In this document: positions 20,850 through 33,408 of the stretch, piece by piece
Layout of the letters: every line of letters starts with the position of its first letter
How positions within the stretch are numbered: the stretch's first letter is position 1
Assembly (NCBI GenBank): GCA_025603075.1
Contig: MU626407.1
Location: forward strand, 1 to 48,026
Reading direction: 5' to 3'
Length of the DNA stretch: 48,026 bases
From: Neoconidiobolus thromboides FSU 785
Lineage: Eukaryota > Fungi > Entomophthoromycota
Notes under the pieces: generated by a model
Databases searched by the model: none
Told to the model about the DNA's origin: nothing
Seen by the model: only the letters and a program-made list of their open reading frames with translations
Position numbers and translations under genes: made by a program

Positions 20850-23716
20850 TTATCTAGAATTAATAGCTGCTGCCCAAGATGCCAACTAAAAAATATTAAT
20901 TAAATAAAACACAGAAACTGGATACAAATCAAAATTACCTCTTCAGTTTCTCCTGAAAAGTAATAAATGGTATGATTATCAACTACTCTTAAAGCTAAAA
21001 ATTAAATTTAACTTCAAAGTATAAAAATAAAAGTTAAAATTTACATTTTCCAGAGATAAGTCTTGCAGGTTTGAGTTTTGTACCCAACTCCAAAATGCGA
21101 TGCAGCTCCAATTCTTTACCAATTCTTTTACATTGGATCATAATGTCGTTAAACAAAAAATATTTAAAGTGTACACGTACATCTAAAGTATTTAATTGAG
21201 GTTGGGAATGTCCCTGTTTCATACTAACTATTCTTGATAGATATAAAAAACCTTCTTTAATAAATCGACGGTGAGGCTCAACTAAGGGCACCTTATTATA
21301 AAATTTATTAGGTATCCTATTTAAAATATTATTTAAAATCCTACCTTATGATTTCCTTTTATTGAATTTTGAATCTCAATCACCTTATCATTAGCCTCTT
21401 TAACTCTTTTTCTCTCGTTGATTTCTTGTGCTCTTTTAGCGATATCAGAATGTGCATCAATAAGGTCCTGTCGATCCGGGTCATCTAGAGGGGTATATTT
21501 TAACAAATCATATAAAAGCATTTTATAGCGAGGTATCCTTTGTACAGGCAATAACAAAAAGCCTTGTAGATTAAGTTGATTATGTTTTGGGTGTTGGCTA
21601 CACTGTTCTAAATAATTCTTAATCCTTCTCCTCTGCCTTGATTGCGCACCAACTCCCATCTTATCCATCATCCCGTTCTGGTTATGTAATATCAAGTTTA
21701 GTTTCTCTGCTTCAATGTTTGCTTGATCAAAATCATTGACATATAATGAATACATTTTAAGATACACTGATAACTTTTTAAACACTCCTCCAATCTTTCC
21801 TGAATCTGGAGTTAAAACTTCTTTTTTGATTTCTGGAAGGAGATGTGATTGGTGAAATAATAAGATGGACTTAACATTGGAAAATAAAATTCGATTTTCC
21901 TCTGCTGTAAATATTTTTTCTCTTTCCGCTCCTTCTATATAAATCTCTATCAATGCTTTTAATGAATGAACATAGGTTTCTTCCGTAGTCAATATCTCTT
22001 GCATTATATTCCTCCTCCTTTGTTCTTGTGATGCTTTATCCCCATCCAATTTAGGGGCTGGTGTTAAATCTGTATCATCCCCTGATCCATTTCCATCTGA
22101 TCCTTTTATCAAGCTTAAATCTTTGACTTTACGTCGATGTATTCCCACCTCTTTACTTTCACTTGAGGCTGGGCTCAAGTCCCATATATCCCGAAGCTGA
22201 CGAAAAAAATCAATTAGTTTTGAGTGAGAGGGTAGCTGGTTAGCACCGACTGAAATTGGAGGCCAATTCTCATGATTTTCTTGATATGGTGGTGAAAAGG
22301 GTAAAGGTGGCAAATTTTTTGACTCTTTAAGATGGGTTGAGGCATTGGAAGAATTAGTGTTAATACTGCTCTTTGATTGTGACCTTCTTCTGGTTGGTAA
22401 ACTAGGCGTAGATTCTACTTCTACAAGGTTTGAAAAGCCTAATTTTCTTAATGAAGTTGGCGTTCTTGGGGTAGATTCGATCTCTTCAACGCCAAAAGAA
22501 GGTGAATTCGGTTCACTTTCAGCCATAAAAACAAACCCATCTAAAGTTTGACAACGTCGATTATCAAATGCTTGCCTTTCGACTAGACTATCTCCCATAG
22601 TTGAAGAGGATTTCACAAACCTTCTAGGGTTTTTAGCTGGTATTTTTGGCTGCTCATCCCCATCTTCTTTTTTTAAAGCTAATTTTTTGAACTTTTCATG
22701 CATCCTTTTTTCTTCTCGTAGGTTCATCAGACTTCTCTGCTTACTCATTTGTATTTCCGGATCTAAAAAATAATCAGCATCTTCATTATCTAAAGATATA
22801 CTTCTTCTCATGGCACTACGAAGTCTTGACCATCGATTAGTTTTTGGTAACGATAATTGCTGATTTTCTTGCAGCAAAGTACCTAACTAGATTAAAATAA
22901 ATGATTAAAATTTATGCGATAAAAAATACCTATTAAGTTAATAAAATGGCTATTATAAGGGTTATTATCCACCAATAAAGTAAACAGCCTAGATTCCAAA
23001 ACTCCCAAAGAATAAGGCAATTCTTCCAATAAGTTGTATCTCAAGTTGAGGTGATGTAAGTTAACCAGTTTAACAACGCCTTGAGCTGATATTTTTACGA
23101 TTTTGTTATATGATACATCTAAAATTTCCAAATTCTTCAAATGAGCTATTGAGCTTGGTATGTCGGTTAAATAATTATGGTTGAGATATAACTCTTTGAG
23201 TTGAGTTAGCTTACTAAATGTTGAGCTAAACTCTTCAAGCTTATTATAACTTAAATCCAATACTGTTAAGCTTGTAAAATCATCCATTTTAAATTTAAAT
23301 AAATTATCAATCTCATTTGAATCTAGACGAAGGTGGGTTACAACTAGAAATGGGGATTAGATTGAATTACTTTTATTATTGTTGCATTTTTATTTTCAAC
23401 TAATTTAAAGTAGTAGTAATAATATCCATTTACCTCCATTGATGGGTGGTACCTCGCGTAAATTATTATCCGAAAGATCAATGTACGTATCCAATTCCAT
23501 AATTGATTCATTGTCATCTACCTCACCCATTTTAAGTTAAAAAAAATAGTTATTAAACTCAGATACCTTCCACTGGCATATAATAATTTTTACTAAAGTT
23601 GGCAATTTGTGGCTCTTTGCAATTAGCCAATCTTTGCAGCGGATGGCTTAATTTTGTTGGTGTTTTTGAAATATCTAATTGGAATATTAATTAAGTTTTT
23701 AGAACAATCACTTCAT
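20850..23716 (-). CDS. LRR + RhoGEF (DH) + PH domain protein, multi-exon; 5' end uncertain
   Basis: LRRs (LDLSYNKL, LYLNHNYL, LDVSYNKI); DH motifs EILTTEETYVHSL and LLLPVQRIPRYKMLL; PH motifs RRFIKEG, FLFNDIMIQC and final exon LASWAAAINSR*. Confidence 0.88.
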
Positions 23717-24427
23717 TTAATCTTGTATCTTAAAAAGCACACTTTTATTATATTTATAAAGAACTTTATCAATAATTACTAATTTATGTTATTGGTTATA
23801 ATTTTTCAATTATTAATATTGATAAAAAATAGACCGTGGACTTGAACACAGTAAAAACATTACTAACAACTGAATTTTACTTTGAATATTTGACTAATAA
23901 AGCTTCAAAGGTTTATAACTAAGGTTCGAATTATGGGGCATTTATTCTATAACTTTAAACTTAACTAAAATTTGCTTTCAAATCTAATATGTTAGAAAAT
24001 CAGCATCTTTAATGTTACCATATAAAACTTGATTTATAAAAAAACTCATTTACAATCGTATCCCTCCAAAACATATGAATAATATAAACTTGTATGAGAG
24101 CTACTTTGACTAAATAGTAAATCAGCACTTGAAAATTTGTAAACTTCTTAAATAATTAGTAGCAAATATCTATTATAAATCAAAATTTTGACTTATTTAT
24201 ACAAGTGTGGTTTTTAATATGAGTTTTCCAAAAGTATGTTGGTTGAAAGCTAAGCTTGATATAAATTTTAAGTAGACAATGGGGACGATAGATAATTGAA
24301 GAGATATCACCGACACTTTATCAGACCGCCTAATATAAATAAAATAAAATATCCGAACTAAAAACAGGAGTCTAAGAGAATTTTGTAAATTATATAATAT
24401 TGTTTCTTACTCAGATCAAGAGAAGTC

Positions 24428-24499
24428 TTCTTCATGGTCCAGTGGTTAGGATTTTCCGCTTTCACCGGAACGGCCGGGGTTCGATTCCCCGTGAGGAAG
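24428..24499 (+). tRNA. tRNA-Glu(TTC), copy 2
   Basis: Cloverleaf identical to 9555-9626; anticodon loop CTTTCAC. Confidence 0.96.
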
Positions 24500-24566
24500 T
24501 ACATTAATTCACTTTTGCAAAAAAGTATTCACATGATTAAACAATTATTTTAAATTTTCTTATAAC

Positions 24567-24670
24567 ATACGAGGATGGTTTTTTGGCTTTGTCACTTCCC
24601 ATCTTTTAAGTACTATTTTAGTAGAAAAGCTATTACTAAAATTCTTAAAGGTAAAAATACGTCCCCATAT
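24567..24670 (-). mobile_element. MITE-like element, family 1, copy 9 (between tRNA-Glu and the UGT)
   Basis: ATACGAGGATGGTTTTTTGGCTTTGTCAC...TAAAATTCTTAAAGGTAAAAATACGTCCCCATAT. Confidence 0.78.
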
Positions 24671-24964
24671 TTTTGACGAGTATTTTATTATTTAAAAGCT
24701 GTCCATATAGTTGAAAATCATTTAATAAGTCTTGATTGTATTTTAAGTTTTAATAAACAAATAAGGAAAATTTAATTTAAAATATTAAATCCAAATTTAA
24801 CCTATACCATCCCGAAAATTAAAGTAAGAAATTAGATTATTAGAATTTCCAAAAATTTGCTTTTTTATTTTTATCTGAATGATAAATTATAGAAAAAGTA
24901 AAAGCGATAATACTATATATACTCAAAAGTAGGATAAAACAAACTAAGACTAAATAGATTCAAG

Positions 24965-26638
24965 ATGAAGATAATTACCACCTTTTGGCCTTTATTACTA
25001 GTAGTTACTAATGTTATTTGTTTGAAACAAGGTTTGAATATTGCTGTTCATAGTGGATTCGGAGGAAGATCGCACGTAAAGAGTATACTAAATTATAGTG
25101 AGAAGCTGATTGAGCGTGGTCACAAAGTTACCTATGTAGGTGTTGATGAAAATATGAAGTATATAGCAGGATATCAAGGGATGAAAAATTATAGTATTGG
25201 GGAAAGTATACTTAGTGAAGAGGAAGTATATACTATGGCTTATAATACAGTATTAAAAGAAGGTATCGAATACGACCCACTTGAAGGCATAGTTTTAAGG
25301 TTTTCACCAATTCTGGAAGGCTCTTTTAAAACAATGTATCGTAGTTTAAAGTCTTATTTAATAGAATCTAAACCGGATCTTATTATATGTGATTTTTTTT
25401 CAGTTCCCTGTCTAATGCTTGCTAGAGAAATAGGAATTCCTTTAGTTGTAAGTATCCAATCTACCGATATTGCTGAGTTCACTAATATGCCATATATTAC
25501 TAAAAGTTTAAGTTATGGACCAATAACAATGGATGAATTGACATACTTTGAGAGATTTTGTCAGCTTGTTGTTGACCCAATTCATAATATATTTAAAGTA
25601 CTACCGTTGATTAACAGCATTAAAAAAGTAGAATCTGAGTATAAAGTTAATATTGGAATGAAATTGTTTGGTGATACTATTTACCCTATCATTCTTGGTA
25701 ATACATTTACCGGATTTGAACCTGCTTTACCATTGCAGCCTAATTTATTTCAAGTTGGGCCAATTTTATCATACAAAAACAAGGAAATAGAATCTGAAGA
25801 ATTAATCAACTATTTAAGGGATCATAAATATATATTATATATCGGATTTGGGTCATTTTCAGTATTGAACAAAGAACTAATCGAGCGTATTTTAACGTCT
25901 AGTATTCTATTACTAAATGAAAAGAGTATTGATGGTATTGTTTGGGGATTGGGAAAAACAAAGTCAAGCGAGTTTCCAGCTGAAATTATTATAAATAATG
26001 AAACTATTCAAACTGAGTCATTTTTTAATAATCAACATCAGCATATTAAAATTTTAAGCTGGGCTCCACAACCTGAATTATTAAATCATAATCATGTTAA
26101 AATATTTTTAAGTCATAGTGGCATGGAGTCTATGATTGAATCTGTATCATCTTCTACTAAGATACTCTGCTTACCTTTATTTGGAGATCAATTCCGTAAT
26201 GCATATAAAATTGTTAGTAATAAGCTTGGATTACATCTTGATAAAATGGATTTCACATCATCCGATTTTATTGATAAAGCAAATACATTGTTAAATGATT
26301 CAAACCAAGAGTTTAAAAATAATATAAACAAATTCAATGCCATGATGCAGTATTATTCAAAGAGACTGGATTACGCTGCTACTTTAATTGAATCCCATGG
26401 TTATTTAGCTAAATCCTGCCGTCCTTTTGAAGCATTTGATCCAAAACTAGACTTACCACCTTGCGAAACAAAGCATTTGATACCAGTATCTTATAAAATG
26501 GGATTTATTCGAGCTTATGGTTTAGATATTTATATACTATTTATTTTGGTGGTATTATTTAGCATATATATAGGGACTAGTCTATATATTCGTTTTATTA
26601 ACAGCTTTAAAACAAAACTTAAAGATAAAAAGGAATAA
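24965..26638 (+). CDS. UDP-glycosyltransferase (GT1) with signal peptide and C-terminal TM helix
   Basis: GGRSHV catalytic His region; LIERGHKVT; signature WAPQPELLNH...FLSHSG...E...LPLFGDQ; C-terminal hydrophobic helix followed by KLKDKKE; intronless. Confidence 0.93.
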   Translation: MKIITTFWPLLLVVTNVICLKQGLNIAVHSGFGGRSHVKSILNYSEKLIERGHKVTYVGVDENMKYIAGYQGMKNYSIGESILSEEEVYTMAYNTVLKEGIEYDPLEGIVLRFSPILEGSFKTMYRSLKSYLIESKPDLIICDFFSVPCLMLAREIGIPLVVSIQSTDIAEFTNMPYITKSLSYGPITMDELTYFERFCQLVVDPIHNIFKVLPLINSIKKVESEYKVNIGMKLFGDTIYPIILGNTFTGFEPALPLQPNLFQVGPILSYKNKEIESEELINYLRDHKYILYIGFGSFSVLNKELIERILTSSILLLNEKSIDGIVWGLGKTKSSEFPAEIIINNETIQTESFFNNQHQHIKILSWAPQPELLNHNHVKIFLSHSGMESMIESVSSSTKILCLPLFGDQFRNAYKIVSNKLGLHLDKMDFTSSDFIDKANTLLNDSNQEFKNNINKFNAMMQYYSKRLDYAATLIESHGYLAKSCRPFEAFDPKLDLPPCETKHLIPVSYKMGFIRAYGLDIYILFILVVLFSIYIGTSLYIRFINSFKTKLKDKKE

Positions 26639-27383
26639 AAAGATCTTTTGCTATTTTTGTTATAAAATTAATATACTTTACTATCGTCATTTCATGCTTA
26701 AAGATTTTTGAAATTGTTCAAATAGCATGTCATAATGCATTTGATAAATAGTGTTATACTAAATACAATAATAGAGATAAGTTAAATAATAAGCTCTATG
26801 GAATAAAAATGTATTTTTATAAATGGGAATAAACTAAATGTAACAATTAATATCACGTACATATCAAGTGGTAATAAGCAATAAAAAGGCATTATAAATT
26901 AAATTATAAATACCTACAGGCTTTGTGATATACAAAAGAACAAATTGTTCTTAATAGATATTATATTACACATAGGAATTATATTAAAGTAGTTGATAAA
27001 ATATTTTAAACCTTAAGCCTTACACTTTAATTATAGATAAAAGCCTATTAGAACAAATTGAACAATAAATCAATTTGCAAAGTAGAATCACTTCAATAAA
27101 AATAAAACTATTCATTGACAAAACTATTTTATGATAAATTTAATTACAAGAGATAAGGCAAATTAATAAAAGTAGACAATTAAGGAAGATATGACAAAAA
27201 TAACTTCTTAAAAGGGATAATTCAAGGCTAGCATGATAAATTCAGCCAATAAAGTTGAAATGAATTCTAATTTCAAGGTTAATTTGATAATTTATTGTTT
27301 AGGAGGTTCTTGATATTAAAAATATAGTTCAACTTATAATATATATACAGTTAGATTTGAATTTGAGTGTCAATAAAGAGAAT

Positions 27384-28656
27384 ATGCAATCCCTCATCAA
27401 TAGACTAAGATTAAAAACAGACACTCCATGGGTAAAAGAAGTTTCATATTTTTGGGCATTAATATCATTAACATTTAATCATTTAGTCAAAATCATCTAA
27501 TTCAGTGATTTTTATATGCATTTCGTTTATACAAGGAGCTGTAGTTATAGCATTAGAAGGAATATTATATTTTCAAATTATTTCATCTAAAAACGATACT
27601 GATGAAGGATTTACTAATGATGATAAGGTTGAGGCGCTTCAATCTTATCTTATTATATTTATCGTATCCCAAGTATTTCAAGTTGTTATTAGTATGGAAT
27701 CGGTAATATTATGTATTAATATAAATTTTAATTTAGACTGATCAATTATTTAGGTGTTTTTTAAAAATACGTTACAAATATTTGGATTGATTTTATTTAA
27801 TATCATGTCTTTTGTTTATTCAATATTTCAATATTTTCAATATCAAAATATTGCTGAAATTTATAAGGATAATGATTACTTTTTTGATAGGCTTGAAATG
27901 ATAAAAAAAGTAGTTATTTCAGTAGCATCAATAATAGCAATTTGTCAAGTAGCCTTGGCTTATTCTGGTTTTAAATGCTATCAAGAGTTTGGATGGGATA
28001 TTTATAGAAAAACAGGATCTGATTTAACTATGAGAAGTAACATTTTTTCAATATATCATTATTATTCAAATACTAATAATTGTAGGATATTATATGCTTT
28101 ATCATTTATTATTAATGTTTTTGAAATTCGACGTTTTTTTCTTTTTTGGGTTTACTTATCAATTTTTATGTTTATACCTAAACATAAAAGATTATGAATA
28201 TCCATTAACTATTGCATCGGTACCATTAGCTGTAATAATATTATTAGTCGCAATAATATCGGTACAAAGAGAAAATTCAATTTTATGTTATGTTTCTCTT
28301 TTTGGATTAACAAGTGGAGTTGCTTATTTTATATTTAAAATTTATCGCATTTATACAAAGAAAGAGTATAATTCATTTAGAAATTTTATGTCATTATTTT
28401 GTAAGTATATATAACATTGAATATGATATTTAAGACTAATTATTCTATTAGGCTTTATATCATTGATTTTTATATTAATTACTATTGGATTGATTATTCA
28501 ATGTTATCGTAATTTTGGTAAAGGGTTAGGAAAATATAGTAAGTTATATACTGTTAAATATAAACTAACACTAAACTTATTTTTTTAGTTCGGGTCACGT
28601 TTAGTTCTAATAATACTATTCAAAATAGGACATCTTTAAATCTATGTGATGATTAA
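27384..28656 (+). CDS. Multipass membrane protein (about 8 TM, UPF0658-like), multi-exon
   Basis: ORF fragments join through GT-AG introns; FIQGAVVIALEG, NTLQIFGL, EFGWDIYRKTGSDL, LKFDVFFFFGF and CYRNFGKGL resemble this fungal family. Confidence 0.7.
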
Positions 28657-29951
28657 GGTTAATTATTATAATTAGAGCTGGATCTAGTAATTATAATTTA
28701 TGTCAATACTTATCTTTAGTTATCATAATGAATAAGAATTTGTTTTAAAAAATAAATAATATTGTACTATTACTAACAATTCAAAAGTTTAATAAGATTT
28801 ACAAGAATTTTCAATACAAAAATAGATTCTTTAAATAAACATCTGAATATTTTAAAACTGTTTTGCACAACAATAAAAAGCCTTGAAACTAATTGTTTTC
28901 CAAAATTAAACAACATAAGTTTTTATTAGTAGTATAATAACATCAATTTAAGCCTCAGCTCAATATGCAAACATAAATCAGCTTGTTTTAAAAATAGCAG
29001 CTAAAAATAGTTATAAAATGTTTACATTTATGAACACATGCTAATATTAATTTATTAAATCTATTAAATTATTAAAACCTTAATGAATTATTATATCAAC
29101 ATTATACTAGTATAAACTAAAAATACATAAAACTAAATTTATTTATAAAAGATCCGATCCTCAAGCCTAAACCTAAGTTAATAAATAAAGCTGAGTTTAA
29201 AAAAGGTACTTTTAAAGAAATTATTCGATTTGCCAAGTATATGGAATTTGTCATAATATTAGTATATAATAACAATAAGTTGATTATGATAATTCAATAT
29301 TGGCTTCTGACTTGAAGGGTAAACCCGTCGATATAATAGTCAACAAATTATGATATCTATCGATTTTAATCAACCTAAGAATAAAAGCCAAAAAGCTATT
29401 ATAAAACAAAATAATAAATGTGGGAACGGGCAAAATTGAGACAAATGAAATTAGTTATTATTTAAGATTCATGAGTTTGAAAAAAAATTAAGGAGCTTAA
29501 AAAAATTAAATAGATAAGTGGACATTTGAAATTTAATAAAATATCAACTAGTTGTGTAATATAATTTAAACAATAATAGCGTCCTTTTATACTTCAAACA
29601 TTCTTTTTTACAAAGGATATCGTATTTGATAAGGAATAATAAAAACATCAATTATCTTTAAAACTTACCAATCACTTGATTAAATAAAATTGAAGTTAGG
29701 GGGTACTACCAAATCAACAATGAAATAATCATGACTTGGAATCTACCTTGATTGGTGCCACTCTTTCTTTTCCCCAAAATAAAAAAATAACACTTTAAAT
29801 CTATTTAATAAAAATTTACCTTATCTCTCTTTTTTTTAAATTTATCTTAATATTGCATTAATTAGTTAGAGTTTGTACAATAATAACAATAGTATAACAA
29901 AAGAAATAATAATTTTGTATAGTCCAACTTGAGAAATTGTTATTAATCATT

Positions 29952-32762
29952 ATGTTTAGTTTATTAGCCATTAAAAATAATAAAAAGGAGAATTACCCCA
30001 ATTCAATAAGTTTAAATATAAGTGAAAATATCAACTTATATATCTCTTTTTTGTTTATTATCTTTGGATTTGTCTTAGGTTACACTACCTATTTTTTATA
30101 TAGAAGGTATTCAAGACGTAAATTAATAAGGTAAACTAAATAGTTACAAAAATAATAATTTCATCCTATAATAACTAAATTAGGTCTTTATACGATAGTC
30201 ATTTCACTGATATAGAAGGTGAGAGAGGCCCTTTATTGAACCGATTATCTTCTGGTACATTAACACCTTCATACGGTACTAATGATCTCCTCAATAACTA
30301 TGAACCGCGAAAACTATCTATCTCAAATCCATTAACCTTATCTCGAAATAATAATATGGATGATTTATTTTCAACTTATTCAACGATACCAGCTTCCCAA
30401 TTTCCAGAGATTTCTAATATTAATTTAGAAAGTGAAGTTCGGTGGAAAGAATTTAATCGTAAAAAAGAAATAGCAAAATCCATTTTAAAACATTCAAATG
30501 AGCCTCCATTAGGTCAACAACTTAGATATGCAGTTAGATCTTGTTTATATTATGCGGAAGTATCACCAGAAACAATTGCATTAAATTCATCGCTTTATCC
30601 ATGGGAAATGACTAATAATAGTGGTGGAAATAATGGAAATAATAACAGTCTTACCAGTAATAATCCTCATTTCAACCATAGTACTATATTAAGGAACAAA
30701 TATGGACATCGACATACAAAATCAACTACATCAATTGGAAGTAACAATTTGAGTATTAAAATTAAATCCAATGAGGAAACTACATATTCAAGTCATGGTT
30801 CTATATTAATTACAGGAGATAGTTTAAGATCTAGATCAACCTCCGTTATTAATAGAAATGAATTAGACACTAAAGGAAAAGATTTGGTAAAGAATAAAAA
30901 CAAAATCGACAAACTAAAACAAAGAGCTACGTCGCCGCCCATTTTTGATGTGTTCAGGGATAACGAAGAAAAGGGAGATGGTAAGTCTATTTTATATGAT
31001 TTAGTGTTTATTTTATTTTATTATAGATGATAAAGTTAAAATACCTAATCGACCTAAAAGAATTCATAAAATTGAAGAGAGTATTAATGGTAATGAGAAG
31101 GATAATAAGGATAATACTAAGGAAAAGAGTAACAATAACAATAATGAAGTCAATAATAAGAATGTAAAATTTAATGATAAAATACTATCTAATAGTGTAT
31201 TGTTTAATGGGGAAACTAAAGAAAACAAAAGCAAAAAATCACAATTACTAGTTAATAATAATATGTTATTCAAATCATTATTAGATCGTCATTATTTTAC
31301 AAACGAAATGAATTATGAATGGATAATACCTAATTATGGTAAAGTAAAGTTTACTGATCATGCACCTATAGCATTCCGAATGATACGAAAAAGTTTTGGT
31401 TACAATTTAAAAGAATTTGATGATGCCTTATTAAATCCCTTCGGGAGTATAACATCAACAGCTGGAAAATCAGAAGCTATATTCTTTCTAACAAGCAATA
31501 ATGCTAAATTTATGTTTAAAACATTGAGAAATTCAGAACCAGATAATTTAAAGAACTTCTTGCCTGATTATTTAGACCATATTAGAAGAAATCCAAATAC
31601 TTTATTACCTCGTTATCTGGGTATGTATACATTTGAAAAAATTGCATCTTTTAATAATCTAAATAATAGCAATCCCAATTTAAAAGATAATTCACCAAGT
31701 TTAAATAAATCTAATTCCAATAATAATAACAGTTCAATGGACTCTGTGGAAGCAGCTGTAGCAGCATCATTTCCATTATCACAACAACAAATATTACCAC
31801 CTTCTGATGACGCGTTTCCACAGAAAATGATCTTAGTATTAATGGCTAATGTATTTGATACTCCTCTAACAATTAATGAAAGATATGATTTTAAAGGATC
31901 AAATGTAGGAAGACATACATTACCGATATCAACTAGTAATATACCACCAACAATTAATGAAAGAAAGCAAGAAGTTAGTCATCTAACTTTAAAAGATTTA
32001 GATTTTCAATATCGAGTATTTCAAGGCCAAACCAATTTAATTCATTTAGGTAGTAAAAATAAACAAAAGTTATTAAATCAATTAGAAGATGATTTGGCTT
32101 TATTAAAAAAATTTGCTTTTATGGATTATTCATTATTAGTAGGAATACATAGAATTACTAATAATAACAATAACAATAATAATAATCAACTTAATAGTAG
32201 TAGTAATAGTCAACTTAAGGTATCACAAACATTAACCCCCCCTCAATCAATTAATAGCTCAAGGCCAACTTCAGTTATATCTAATAGAAACAATAACAAT
32301 AGTCCATTACCTTCTCCGCATACTCATCCAAATTCATTAATTCAACCTTTTATTTCACAAGCATCCAATTTATTAACTTCAATATTACATCCAAATCAAT
32401 TAAATAATAATAACAATAATAGCAATGATAATGGTTCAATAAAAGAAAGTAATGATTATTTTGATCCAGCATGTACATTACCTGTCCGTGATGAACAACC
32501 TACTCAATATTTAACTAGTAATGAAAACACACCCTTTTTGGAATTTGAAGATTATAATGTTAACGATTATTGGAAAGATGGTGTAAAATCTATTAAATTA
32601 CCAAATCAAGAAATTTATTTCTTTGGTATAATTGATATTTTGCAAAAATACACTATTGTTAAATGGTTAGAAAAAGGTATTAAAGGTTATAATGCAAGAT
32701 TATTAGGTGGTAATAATAATCAACAAGGCAATTTAACTCCTTTATTTTTACCCAAATTACCA

Positions 32763-32799
<37 letters not shown>

Positions 32800-33263
32800 G
32801 AAGACCTAATTCAGCTGATTCTTTAGATTTTAAAACTAACAGTGTTAATGTATCAGCTAACAATAATAGCAATAATAATCCAAGTAGATTACGTAAACAA
32901 TCAATATCTTCTTCTTTACCTCAAGATTCTCCTTTTTTAACAGCACTTAAATTTGGATCACCAGAAGAAGAAGAATTAGAGAAAGAAAGAGTGTTAGAAG
33001 AAAAGAGAAAAAAGAATAAAACGGAATCAAATAATAATAACAATAATAGTAATAATAAAGAATTACATCGTAGTCATACATCACCACATACTAAAGTGAA
33101 ACAAATCAATACACCTCATTCAACACCTACAATTAATGCACCAAACAATAATAATAATAGTTCAGGTTTCCCATTTCAACCACATCAATTTGAATTCTCA
33201 GTAGAAGAACCAGGGAGGTATTCAGAGAGGTTGATTGATTATATTAGGGGTATTATTGTTTAA
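29952..33263 (+). CDS. Phosphatidylinositol-phosphate kinase (PIP5K family) with an N-terminal TM segment; start uncertain
   Basis: Catalytic motifs GKSEAIFF, FMFKT, TLLPRYLGMY, YDFKGS, LKDLDF, MDYSLLVGIH, FGIIDILQKY, PGRYSERL. Introns 30131-30183 and 30981-31026 join the three ORFs in frame. Several poly-Asn tracts. Confidence 0.88.
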
Positions 33264-33408
33264 GCTGATTGAAAGTGGAATTTAATATATACATACTCTC
33301 TTTTAATTCATTCTTTTTTGTATAGTCTTATTTTTTGTATTTTTTAAACTCATTTTTGGAATAAAATTTTTATTTTCTTTTTTTAATCTTCTGAATCTAT
33401 AGAATAAA

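Noticed and set aside
32160-33160. (AAT)n microsatellites
   Set aside because: They encode poly-Asn tracts in disordered inserts of the PIP kinase, which is common in AT-rich genomes.
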